A stretch of 25,358 bases of DNA, from NCBI GenBank assembly GCA_947632255.1, contig CANROL010000001.1, positions 1 through 25,358 of the forward strand, written 5' to 3'. This stretch comes from an uncultured Bacilli bacterium (GTDB lineage: Bacteria; Bacillota_I; Bacilli_A; RF39; UBA660). Below the pieces are notes generated by a model that saw nothing but the letters and a program-made list of their open reading frames with translations, made no database searches and was not told the origin of the DNA. Shown one piece after another: positions 7,755-17,580 of this stretch. The position numbers and the translations under genes are program-made. Within the stretch, counting starts at the first letter, position 1, and each line of letters starts with the position of its first letter.

Positions 7755-8621
7755 CTATTTTTTAGAATTATTTTTTACTAATTGATAAATAAAATAACCT
7801 GCTCCACCTATTAAAGCAAAAGAACCAAAAGAAGTAAAAATATCAAATTCATCCTTATCATCAGTTTGATTATCAATTAATTCCTCCTGAATATCAACCA
7901 TCTCGTTCTCATTTTCTTATTCAACTATTAAAATATAATCTTGTTTTGAGCCATTTTCAGCTGTAACCCTTACAATAATTTCATTATGTCCTACTTGTAA
8001 AGTTTCGTTACCTATAATCTCCACTTTAGCATTAGGATCTTCTAATTCATAAGTAATGTCCATTTTCACTTTATCATTAGTAATAGTTATTACATCACTT
8101 ATAAATAAATTAAAATTTACTTCTTTATTGGCAACTAATATTTTAATATTTTTATTATCACTTAATACTTTTTCTCTAGTAATATTTATCATATAATTTT
8201 TAACATTTCCATTTTCAGATGTTACCTTAATATTTATAATATTTTCACCAAGTGTTAAATTGAGATTTTTTTTATAATCTAAAACTGCGTTAGAATCATT
8301 TGCAACTACAAATAATGTAACATTTTCTTTTTTAGTAGAATAGAGCATTTTATCTACAATAGAAATATTTTCACCATCAATTGTTATTTTTTTTAAAGAA
8401 ACATCACTGCTTTTAACTTTTTCAGTTACTAGTGGATTATTACCAGATGAATTTGAAGAATTTGATGAACTACTTGAGCAACCACCATGTTTCGAACAAC
8501 ACCCCCTATGACAATCACTACAACTAGGGCTAATTGTACCATCTTTACAAACAATATTCGCCTTTACAATAATTGGATAAAAAAATAATACTATCAAAAA
8601 TAAGCTAATAATTCTTCTCAT
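7755..8621 (-). pseudogene. Surface protein (Cys-rich DUF3761-like motif, Ser linker, two cadherin-like beta-sandwich repeats, C-terminal TM anchor) with an internal TAA at 7917-7919
   Basis: Likely start ATG 8621 (GGAG RBS). After the TAA the frame continues 53 codons ending FTSFGSFALIGGAGYFIYQLVKNNSKK* (TAG 7755-7757). Confidence 0.7.
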
Positions 8622-8709
8622 AAAACTCCACACTTCTGTTAACATTATTGTACACAAAATTAATATCATTTTAACCAACATTTTATTTTAAATATTAATA
8701 AATTTCATC

Positions 8710-8742
8710 AAAAAAAGAAGATAACTTCAAATCATCTTCTTT
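8710..8742 (-). terminator. htpG terminator
   Basis: AAAGAAGAT(8714-8722)/ATCTTCTTT(8734-8742) stem with a T-tract on the minus strand. Confidence 0.6.
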
Positions 8743-8751
8743 AATAATATT

Positions 8752-10578
8752 TTATTTAACCAACATATCACAAATTAAATCAGTTATTTCAGTTGGATTA
8801 TCTATTGGCAAACCTTCAATTAATCTAGCTTGAGCATATAAAACTTTCGTATATTTCTTAAGTTCATCTTTATCTTTTTGATATAAATCTTGTAGTTTTT
8901 TAACAATTGGATGTTGAGCATTTATTTCTAATACTTTTTTAGCATTAACCCCATCATTTGTTGGCATAGCATTAATTGTTTTTTCCATCTCAACAGATAT
9001 TTCACCTACAGTAGATAAGCAAACTGGATGATTAGTTAATCTACTTGTAAATTTAACATCTTCAACATCTATTTCTTCTTTCATTAAAGTTAATAAGTCT
9101 TTAGCTTCATCATTTAATTTTTTAAGTTCTTCTTTTTCTTCTTCTGTTTCAGCATCTATATTATCAGAACAAACATTTTTAAATTCTTTATCCTCAAACT
9201 TATTCATTATTTTAAAGACAAATTCATCTAAATAATTAGTACATAATAAGACATCTTTTTCTTTATTAATTAAAGCTTCTACTTGAGGTAACCTTTTAAT
9301 TTGTTCATTTGTTGTACCACATGCATAATATATATCTTTTTCATCTTTATTATTATCTAAATATTCTTTTAAAGTAACTAATTTATCTTCTTTAGAAGAA
9401 TAAAACATTAATAAATCTTGTAACTTTTCTTTATCCATACCATAAGAATTATAAATTCCCGCCTTAATTTGTAAACCAAATGCTTCCCAAAATTTAAGAT
9501 AGTCTTCTCTTCTATCACTTATCATATTAACAAGTTCATTTTTAATATGTTTTTCAATATTGGTAGCAATTGTTTTTAAAACTCTATTTTGTTGTAACAT
9601 CTCTCTGGAAATATTAAGCGATAAATCAGGAGAATCCACAACACCTTTTACAAAACTAAAGTAATCAGGAATTAAATCCGCACACTTTTCCATGATTAAA
9701 ACTCCATTAGAATAAAGTTGTAATCCCTTTTCATAATCTTTAGAATAATAATCATAACTAGCATGAGATGGAATATATAATAAAGAGTTATACTCTAAAG
9801 TACCTTCTGCTTTAGTATGAATATGACTTATAGGTTTATCATAATCAAAGAATTTATCAGCATAAAAAGTATTATATTCCTCTTCAGTTATTTCAGATTT
9901 ATTTCTCTTCCATAATGGCACTAGACTATTAATAGTTTCTAACTTTGTTTCTTTATCATCTTTTACTTCCATTTTAATTGGATAAGTTATATAATCAGAA
10001 TATTTTTTAATTAAATTTCTAATTTCATATTCCTCTAAGAAGCGGTTATATTCTTCTTCATCTTTAATTGTTAAAATAACATCTGTACCATAGTTATCAC
10101 GCGTAGCTTTCTTAATTGTATAACCTTCAATGCCACTTGATACCCAAGTATTTGCTTCTTCATTTTCAAAAGCTTTTGATACTACTTCAACTTTTGATGC
10201 TACCATGAATGCTGAATAAAAACCAACTCCAAATTGTCCTATTATATCAATATCTTCTTTTTTCTTATTTTGTTCTTTAAAATCAAAAGATCCACTTTTG
10301 GCAATCGTTCCTAAATTAGTTTCTAATTCTTCTTTCGTCATTCCTATACCATTATCAGATATAGTTAAAGTTCTTTTTTCTTTATCAACTTTAATGACAA
10401 TTGCAAAATCATCTTTCTTTACTTTTAACTTCTTATCTGTAAGTGACCTATAATGTAATTTATCAATTGCATCCGAAGCATTAGAAATTATTTCTCTTAA
10501 AAATATTTCTTTGTTCGTATAAATTGAATTAATCATTAATTCCATTAATCTTTTAGATTCAGCTTTAAATTCTTTCAT
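8752..10578 (-). CDS. htpG: Hsp90 chaperone HtpG
   Basis: EIFLREIISNASDA, DNGIGMT, NLGTIAKSG, IGQFGVGFYSAFMV, LSLNISREMLQ. Confidence 0.97.
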   Translation of the reverse strand: MKEFKAESKRLMELMINSIYTNKEIFLREIISNASDAIDKLHYRSLTDKKLKVKKDDFAIVIKVDKEKRTLTISDNGIGMTKEELETNLGTIAKSGSFDFKEQNKKKEDIDIIGQFGVGFYSAFMVASKVEVVSKAFENEEANTWVSSGIEGYTIKKATRDNYGTDVILTIKDEEEYNRFLEEYEIRNLIKKYSDYITYPIKMEVKDDKETKLETINSLVPLWKRNKSEITEEEYNTFYADKFFDYDKPISHIHTKAEGTLEYNSLLYIPSHASYDYYSKDYEKGLQLYSNGVLIMEKCADLIPDYFSFVKGVVDSPDLSLNISREMLQQNRVLKTIATNIEKHIKNELVNMISDRREDYLKFWEAFGLQIKAGIYNSYGMDKEKLQDLLMFYSSKEDKLVTLKEYLDNNKDEKDIYYACGTTNEQIKRLPQVEALINKEKDVLLCTNYLDEFVFKIMNKFEDKEFKNVCSDNIDAETEEEKEELKKLNDEAKDLLTLMKEEIDVEDVKFTSRLTNHPVCLSTVGEISVEMEKTINAMPTNDGVNAKKVLEINAQHPIVKKLQDLYQKDKDELKKYTKVLYAQARLIEGLPIDNPTEITDLICDMLVK

Positions 10579-10593
10579 TTAACATTCTCCTTT

Positions 10594-10620
10594 TTAGCAC
10601 TCTAAATAATTAACTGCTAA
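10594..10620. promoter_or_regulatory. CIRCE (HrcA operator)
   Basis: TTAGCACTC-N9-AACTGCTAA versus consensus TTAGCACTC-N9-GAGTGCTAA, between the promoter and the RBS. Confidence 0.85.
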
Positions 10621-10624
10621 TATG

Positions 10625-10653
10625 ATTATAGTATACCGACATCTAAAAGTCAA
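10625..10653 (-). promoter_or_regulatory. Sigma-A promoter of htpG
   Basis: TTGACT-17 nt-TATAAT. Confidence 0.85.
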
Positions 10654-10716
10654 TAACAAATTAATATTAATTACTCTACCTTTATTTTTAATCTAAAATA
10701 CCAAAGAAAAAAGGAA

Positions 10717-11544
10717 TTATTTATCATAATCCTCTAAAAAACTTTTATAAACACCATCTTTTTTAACCCCTAAAACACAATTTAAATTAATATTATCTAA
10801 AGCTTTAAATATATTGTAATCAATATCTTCATTTACTTTTCTTAAATTTTTAATAAGTTCTTTCATTTCTTCTCTTTTACTAATATTTGTATCTTCTAAA
10901 GCTAACTTTTCAGTAAAACGACAAGCGCAATTAAGAAAAGTTAAATTATTATATTTCTTCCAAGCAATTATTGATTCTTCTTTAACTAAAAATAATGGTC
11001 TAATAAGTTCTAAACCTTTAAAGTTATCACTATGGAGTTTAGGCATCATGGTTTTAACTTCCGAACCATAAAACATAGACAGTAAAGTTGTTTCAATTAC
11101 ATCATCAAAATGATGTCCTAAAGCAATTTTATTACATCCCAGTTCTTGCGCTTTATTATATAAATGTCCCCTTCGCATCCTTGCACACATATAGCATGGA
11201 CTTTTTGTATCCATGGTGTCTACCGCTTCAAAAATATCACTGTGAAACATTTCTAAATCTATATTCAAAGTTTTAGCATTTTCTAAAATTAAATTTTTAT
11301 TTTCTTCATTATAACCTGGATTCATTGTAACAAAATGCAAATTAAAATTAATTTTACCATGTCTTTGCAATTCTTGCATACATTTAGCTAACAAGAAGGA
11401 ATCTTTACCTCCACTTATGCAAACCATAATATTATCATTCTCTTGAATTAACTCATAATCTTGCACAGCTTTAACAAAACGACTCCATATTTCTTTACGA
11501 AATCTTTTAATTATACTTCTTTCTATTTCTTGATATCTTTCCAT
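10717..11544 (-). CDS. ttcA: tRNA 2-thiocytidine synthase TtcA family
   Basis: PP-loop ISGGKDS, CYMC, GHHFDD, LIRPL, CAC. Confidence 0.88.
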   Translation of the reverse strand: MERYQEIERSIIKRFRKEIWSRFVKAVQDYELIQENDNIMVCISGGKDSFLLAKCMQELQRHGKINFNLHFVTMNPGYNEENKNLILENAKTLNIDLEMFHSDIFEAVDTMDTKSPCYMCARMRRGHLYNKAQELGCNKIALGHHFDDVIETTLLSMFYGSEVKTMMPKLHSDNFKGLELIRPLFLVKEESIIAWKKYNNLTFLNCACRFTEKLALEDTNISKREEMKELIKNLRKVNEDIDYNIFKALDNINLNCVLGVKKDGVYKSFLEDYDK

Positions 11545-13723
11545 CTTCCACCTCTATATTTTTAAGTCTTAAAGCATTTAATACCACACATAAACTTGAT
11601 AACATCATACTTGCGCTAGCAATCATTGGATTTATCTCTAAACCAATATTTTTAAATAATCCCATGGCAATAGGTATCATTAAAATATTATAAAAGAAAG
11701 CCCAGAATAAATTTTGTTTAATATTTTGTAAAGTCTTTTTAGCATAATCTAACAATACAACTATATTAGTAAGATCTTCATTTACAATTACAACATTTGC
11801 CGAATTACTAGCAATATCAGTGCTACTTTTAAAACTTACCCCTACATTGGCACTTGTAAGTGATGGGGCATCATTAATACCATCCCCAACCATCATGACC
11901 TTTTCATTCTTCTCTTGAAGCATTTTAATATAAGCATTTTTATTTTTAGGTAGAGTATTTGCCATAATTTCATCAATTCCTAACTCATCCCCAATATTTT
12001 TAGCAGTTGCTTCATTATCACCCGTTAACATTACTATTTTATAGCCTCTAGATTTTAAAGCCTTAATCATAGCTTTAGCATCACTTCTAATAACATCTTT
12101 TATACCAATTATTCCTATAATTTTAGCATTTTCGACAATATACACAATAGAATTTCCTTTTTCGACTAATTTTTCTTCATCATCTAAATATTCATTCTTT
12201 ATATCTTTTAATATTTTAGCATTGCCAAGCAAATAAGTTTTAGCACCAATTTTACCATTTACCCCCAGCCCTGCATATTCTTGATAATTAGTAACTTTAA
12301 GATTTTTATATTTATTTTTACTTAAAGCTTTAGCTAAAGGATGAATCGAATTTTCTTCAATATTAGCAACTATATTAAGTAAATCTTTATCACTATATTT
12401 ACTATAATTATAAATTTTACTAATTGCTAATTTACCATTAGTCAAAGTTCCTGTTTTATCAAAAACAATCATCTTAACTTGTGATGCTTCTTCTAAAACA
12501 TGACTTTCTTTAATTAAAACACCCTTTTTGGCTAAAGAACCTATTGCCACGACAATAACAAGAGGTGTTGCAAGCCCTAAACTACAAGGACACGCAACGA
12601 CTAAAACTGTAACTAAATGAATTAAAGCATTATTAAAAGATGAACCAATTAATAAATAAATCAAAAATGTTAAAAATGCTAAAACTATAATCACAGGTAC
12701 AAAATAAGCACTAATTCTATCTACTAAACGCGAAATATGCATTTTAGTATTACTAGCTTCCACGACCATATGCACCATCTCGGAAATTGTCGATTTTGGT
12801 CCTATTTTATCAGCTTTATATAAAACTACCCCATCATAATTAATCGAACCCGCAACAACTTTATCATGAATACTTTTCTTAACTGGCAAAGATTCCCCAG
12901 AAATAAATGATTCATCAAAATGAGCTGTACCTTTTAGAACTTCCCCATCTACCGCCACCCTCATTCCTGGTTTAACAATTAAAGTATCACCAACTTTTAC
13001 TTCATCAATAGTAACTTCTAATTCTTGATCATCTCGAATAACTACTGCTGAAGAAGGTGTTACTTGAACTAATTCTTTTATAGCATCTTTAGTCTTTTCT
13101 CGACTATTTTTATCTATATATCTACCTATTTTAATAAATAAAATAATCATACAAACAGATTCAAAATATAAATTATGACTTAAATGAACATGTCCTAAAA
13201 ATATTAAAATCATATTTACTAAACTATAAATAAAACTAACAATTATTCCTAAAGCTACTAAAGTATCCATATTAGGACTTTTATGTATTATATTTTTTAT
13301 TCCTCGAAAAAGAATATCAAAACCAAATATTAAATAAGGAATAGTTAAAATAAATAAAACAAAAGCATAACTTTTAGGACTTTTCATTATATCTAAAAAC
13401 TTAAATATAGGTAAATTTATCATATGTCCCATAGTAATATACATAATAAAAATCATTAAAATACCTATTAAATATATTTTAGTATTATCTTTTTTATTTT
13501 CTAACTTTTCATCAAAAACACCAGCATATTTATATCCTGTTTCATTAATATATTTACCTAAAGTATCAATACTAACACTATCATCATATTGTATTAAAGC
13601 TTGCGCAAGTACTAAATTTACTGAAGCATCAATTACTCCTTTTTGTTTATTTAAATATTTTTCTAAAGTATTAGAACAAGCTGAACAAGTCATACCTTCT
13701 ACTTTTAATATTACCTTTTGCAT
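11507..13723 (-). CDS. copA: Copper-exporting P1B-type ATPase (start taken at ATG 13723)
   Basis: GMTCSAC HMA domain, SGES, CPC, DKTGT, HP, GDGINDAP, YN and MMLSS motifs; AAAGGGG RBS. Confidence 0.9.
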   Translation of the reverse strand: MQKVILKVEGMTCSACSNTLEKYLNKQKGVIDASVNLVLAQALIQYDDSVSIDTLGKYINETGYKYAGVFDEKLENKKDNTKIYLIGILMIFIMYITMGHMINLPIFKFLDIMKSPKSYAFVLFILTIPYLIFGFDILFRGIKNIIHKSPNMDTLVALGIIVSFIYSLVNMILIFLGHVHLSHNLYFESVCMIILFIKIGRYIDKNSREKTKDAIKELVQVTPSSAVVIRDDQELEVTIDEVKVGDTLIVKPGMRVAVDGEVLKGTAHFDESFISGESLPVKKSIHDKVVAGSINYDGVVLYKADKIGPKSTISEMVHMVVEASNTKMHISRLVDRISAYFVPVIIVLAFLTFLIYLLIGSSFNNALIHLVTVLVVACPCSLGLATPLVIVVAIGSLAKKGVLIKESHVLEEASQVKMIVFDKTGTLTNGKLAISKIYNYSKYSDKDLLNIVANIEENSIHPLAKALSKNKYKNLKVTNYQEYAGLGVNGKIGAKTYLLGNAKILKDIKNEYLDDEEKLVEKGNSIVYIVENAKIIGIIGIKDVIRSDAKAMIKALKSRGYKIVMLTGDNEATAKNIGDELGIDEIMANTLPKNKNAYIKMLQEKNEKVMMVGDGINDAPSLTSANVGVSFKSSTDIASNSANVVIVNEDLTNIVVLLDYAKKTLQNIKQNLFWAFFYNILMIPIAMGLFKNIGLEINPMIASASMMLSSLCVVLNALRLKNIEVEDGKISRNRKKYN

Positions 13724-13741
13724 TTTAAATTCCCCTTTCAA

Positions 13742-14413
13742 TTATTTAATATTATTTACTACTAAATTAACTCCTTCTTTTCTATATATATTATATAAAT
13801 CTAAAATTATAGTTAAATTATGTTTCTTTTTATTTTTTAACTTATCAATATACTTTAGTACCTTTTTATTATCATCTCTAAATAGATACAAACCTGTTTT
13901 AAACCATATTCCTTCAATATTTATAAGTCTTGAAAACATAATTATATTTTGATCTACATTGCTACTTAATGCTATATCAATAATCTTATATGTTTTATTA
14001 GTTATTAAATCTTCTAATTCAACATAACCATCAGAAGATGTACTTACAATTTTAAAAAATGATAAAATAGAGCTATCCATAGCTTTTAAAAAATTGATTT
14101 TATCTTTATTTCGATATTTCTTGTTATCTAAGTATATTTTAGTTAAACAATCAAAATCAGGAAAATTAGGATAAACGCATAATTCGATAAATACTTGAGT
14201 GTCTATAGGATCTCTTAAATCTAAACCAATGTTTAAAGATTTCTTATTATCTATTTCTTCAAGTAAATAACCTACATTTTTATTTAATTCTTTTGTTACA
14301 TCAAAATCACTATTATTAATCATATCATTTAATATTAAATAATGCATATGTCTACATTGGTAATATTTTTTTATATGATCTTTTTGCTTTAAATTTTCAT
14401 TATATTCAAACAT
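13742..14413 (-). CDS. Hypothetical protein
   Basis: 223-aa ORF with GGGAG RBS, between SNF2 and copA. Confidence 0.75.
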   Translation of the reverse strand: MFEYNENLKQKDHIKKYYQCRHMHYLILNDMINNSDFDVTKELNKNVGYLLEEIDNKKSLNIGLDLRDPIDTQVFIELCVYPNFPDFDCLTKIYLDNKKYRNKDKINFLKAMDSSILSFFKIVSTSSDGYVELEDLITNKTYKIIDIALSSNVDQNIIMFSRLINIEGIWFKTGLYLFRDDNKKVLKYIDKLKNKKKHNLTIILDLYNIYRKEGVNLVVNNIK

Positions 14414-14428
14414 ATTTATCTCTCCCTT

Positions 14429-17400
14429 TTAATTATCTAAATCTAATAAATTCTTAATATCTTTTTCGGTTAAAGAAGCAAGTTCAACATCATTAACTTT
14501 ATTTTTTTCTATTAAATCATCACTTAATTTTTGCTTTTTCTTTTGTAATTCTAATATTTTTTCTTCTATTGTTCCTTTAGTTATAAGTTTTATTACTTCA
14601 ACAACTTTAGTTTGGCCAATTCGATGAGCTCTATCAGTTGCCTGATTTTCTACTTGAGGATTCCACCATAAATCTAAGTGAATTACAACATCAGCGCTAG
14701 TTAAATTAAGACCAGTACCACCACTTTTAATAGTTATTAAAAAAGTATTTGTCTTATCATTATTAAATTTATCAACTAATTCTTTACGATTTTTAGCACT
14801 AACACTACCATCAATTGTATAAAAAGTAATACCCGCCTCCATAAACTTTTCTTTAACTATTTCTAATGCCGACTTAAAACTTGTAAAAATAAGTATTTTA
14901 TGATTATTACTAATAATTTCTTTAACTATTTCCACTAAATTTTCTATTTTAGTACTTTCGCCTTCATAGTTATCAAAAATAAGATGAGGGTCAATACATA
15001 ATTGTCTTAATCTAGTTAAAAGAACAATAATTTTTGTCCGTGAAGAATTAAAATCATTAGCGCTTAAAATATTAGCAACTTCATCTCTCACTTCTTCGAC
15101 AACTTTTTTATACAATCTCTTTTGATTTTCACCTAAATCAATATAAATATTATTTTCAACTTTTTCAGGTAATTCTTTTATAACATCACTTTTCTTACGA
15201 CGCATAATAAATGGTGAAGTAACATTTTTTAACTTTTCAATTTTCTCATTATAGCTATCATCACCTTCATGAAAATGATATTTTAAATTAAATTTTGTTA
15301 AATTACCTAAAAATCCTGGCATAATAAAGTCAAAAATACTCCATAATTCGACAATTGAATTTTCAAGTGGTGTTCCCGTTAAAGCATATTTAGTATTAGC
15401 TTTTACATTTTTTACAGCTTTACTAATTAGAGCCATCGGATTTTTTATATTTTGAGCTTCATCAATAAACATAGCTTTAAAGGTTAAGTTATCATATTTT
15501 TCAATATCTTCTCTTAAAGTTCCATAAGAAGTAATAATAACTTGTTCATCAATATTTTCTACTTCTTTAATCCTATTTGAACCATGAATAATTTTATAAG
15601 ATATTTCTTTACCATATAAGTCAAATTCTGTTGCCCAGTTATAAACTAAAGCTGTAGGACAAACAACTAAAAACTTAGCCTTTTTATCTTCTTTAATTAA
15701 TTCTTTCATTAAATAAATTGATTGAATAGTTTTACCAAGACCCATTTCATCTGCGAGAATGCCCCCTAAATCACACTTATAAATTGTATATAACCATTTA
15801 ACTCCTTCTTTTTGATATTCTCTTAATATATTATCTTTAATATCTAATTTTATTTTATTATATTTTTTAAAATTATCAATAAAGTCATCAAATAAATTAT
15901 TAGTCTCTAAATTAGGATACTTTTCCTTTTTTAAATAATCTAAATAAATAGCTTGATATTTTGGAATTATCCCTGAACTATCTTGTTCTTTTAAATTAAT
16001 ATTTAAATCATCTACTAAATCATTTAAAGAATCTAAATCTTCATTATTTAAATCAATTATATTACCATTTTTTAAACGATAATATTTCTTCTTTTTTCTT
16101 AAAGAACTAAGTAATTTATCTAATTCTTTACTATCAACATCTTGAACTTGAAAATCATAATGCATAATATTATCACTACCTATAGCAAAATTACTTTTAA
16201 CTTTAGGCTTTTTAATAATATTTGTATTCTTAACTTTTTCTGAAGTAAATACTTGGTATTTATTAGTTAACTTACCTAAACCTTCATCTAAGAAATCAAC
16301 AATATCATCTATCTCATTTAGAACTATCTTTTTATTATCCACGATAAAATTATAACTTTTTAAATCTTCAATTACCTGATTTTCAAAATCTATATCTCTT
16401 ATAATATCATTAGGTTTTTTAAAATAATCTACTTCGACATTGTTATATAATAATTTAACTTTACAAGTAATGCTATCTTGATTAAAGTCAAAATATAATT
16501 TAACATCTTCAGTATTAAGTAATCCTATCTCTGAAATATTTTCATCAATAATCAAATCTTTTTTAACAATAGATAAAATTCCTTTACTAAAATTATTTAA
16601 TTCATCTTTTGAAAAAACTAACTCTTTTAAATTATTACTATTTAAAGTTTTTAATAAATTAGCTTTATCTTTATCTAAATAATATATTTTATTATTAGCC
16701 ATAACATATTTAAAATTACTTAATAAAGGTGTTATTTGTTGATAATCAAAGTTAAGAACATAGTTATCTTTATCTTTATTTAATTTAACATTAAAAGGTA
16801 AACCATCAATAATTCCTTTGACTAAAGTTCCATTAAAATAAAATTCATGATCATGTAATAATCTAAGTATTGGCACCATTTTATTTTCATAAAATAATAA
16901 AGTGCTATTTTCATAATTATTTAAAATATATTCGATAATCTTTTCATCTTCGGAATTAAAATAATATAAATCAGGATTATAAGTAAAATCTTTACCAAAA
17001 TATACTTCTCGATCTTGATTAACATAAGCCAATTTAAAATTACCAATTTTTTGACCTAAAGAATATAATTTAGAAGTACCTATTTTAATTTTAAGTTCTA
17101 ATGATTTATTATAGTAATAATCAGAAAATTCTAAATCATATCTTACTTTTAATTCTTCTCGAGCATAATTTTTTTTCATTTTAGCCATATCTAGAATTAT
17201 TTTTTTAGATATAGTTTTTATATCGTTTACATTTAATTTAGTTAATTCATCACCATACTTAATTATAACCGCGGGAACATGAGGACATGAATGGATAGTA
17301 CTAAAGTTTCGACAACTACAGCCAAAAGATAATAATTTACCATCTTCAAAAACTAATTTAACATGAGCATCAATATTATTATTATTTTTTATTTCATAAA

Positions 17401-17527
17401 GATATAGTTTTGCATTGTCTTCATCATTTTTTAATTTTAAAGTAATGTCTTTTTTATCTATAAGATAAGCTTCTCTTATATTAAAATCATATATATACCT
17501 TTTTATTATTTCCAATAAAGAATTCAT
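14429..17527 (-). CDS. SNF2/SWI2-family helicase-like ATPase with N-terminal SWIM finger
   Basis: CSCRNFSTIHSCPH; ILADEMGLGKT, IDEAQ, LTGTPLEN, GGTGLNLT, QATDRAHRIGQ. Confidence 0.95.
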   Translation of the reverse strand: MNSLLEIIKRYIYDFNIREAYLIDKKDITLKLKNDEDNAKLYLYEIKNNNNIDAHVKLVFEDGKLLSFGCSCRNFSTIHSCPHVPAVIIKYGDELTKLNVNDIKTISKKIILDMAKMKKNYAREELKVRYDLEFSDYYYNKSLELKIKIGTSKLYSLGQKIGNFKLAYVNQDREVYFGKDFTYNPDLYYFNSEDEKIIEYILNNYENSTLLFYENKMVPILRLLHDHEFYFNGTLVKGIIDGLPFNVKLNKDKDNYVLNFDYQQITPLLSNFKYVMANNKIYYLDKDKANLLKTLNSNNLKELVFSKDELNNFSKGILSIVKKDLIIDENISEIGLLNTEDVKLYFDFNQDSITCKVKLLYNNVEVDYFKKPNDIIRDIDFENQVIEDLKSYNFIVDNKKIVLNEIDDIVDFLDEGLGKLTNKYQVFTSEKVKNTNIIKKPKVKSNFAIGSDNIMHYDFQVQDVDSKELDKLLSSLRKKKKYYRLKNGNIIDLNNEDLDSLNDLVDDLNINLKEQDSSGIIPKYQAIYLDYLKKEKYPNLETNNLFDDFIDNFKKYNKIKLDIKDNILREYQKEGVKWLYTIYKCDLGGILADEMGLGKTIQSIYLMKELIKEDKKAKFLVVCPTALVYNWATEFDLYGKEISYKIIHGSNRIKEVENIDEQVIITSYGTLREDIEKYDNLTFKAMFIDEAQNIKNPMALISKAVKNVKANTKYALTGTPLENSIVELWSIFDFIMPGFLGNLTKFNLKYHFHEGDDSYNEKIEKLKNVTSPFIMRRKKSDVIKELPEKVENNIYIDLGENQKRLYKKVVEEVRDEVANILSANDFNSSRTKIIVLLTRLRQLCIDPHLIFDNYEGESTKIENLVEIVKEIISNNHKILIFTSFKSALEIVKEKFMEAGITFYTIDGSVSAKNRKELVDKFNNDKTNTFLITIKSGGTGLNLTSADVVIHLDLWWNPQVENQATDRAHRIGQTKVVEVIKLITKGTIEEKILELQKKKQKLSDDLIEKNKVNDVELASLTEKDIKNLLDLDN

Positions 17528-17549
17528 ACTACACCTCTAACTCCCCATT

Positions 17550-17578
17550 AGTATAGCAAATTTTATTTTTGATGTAAA
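17550..17578 (-). promoter_or_regulatory. Sigma-A promoter of the SNF2 operon
   Basis: TTTACA-17 nt-TATACT with TG extension. Confidence 0.65.
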
Positions 17579-17580
17579 TA

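Noticed and set aside
7917-7919. Stop-codon reassignment
   Set aside because: TAA terminates many intact genes in the window, and only one internal case is seen.
11088-11276. 62-aa plus-strand ORF
   Set aside because: Antisense to ttcA, with no motif or RBS.
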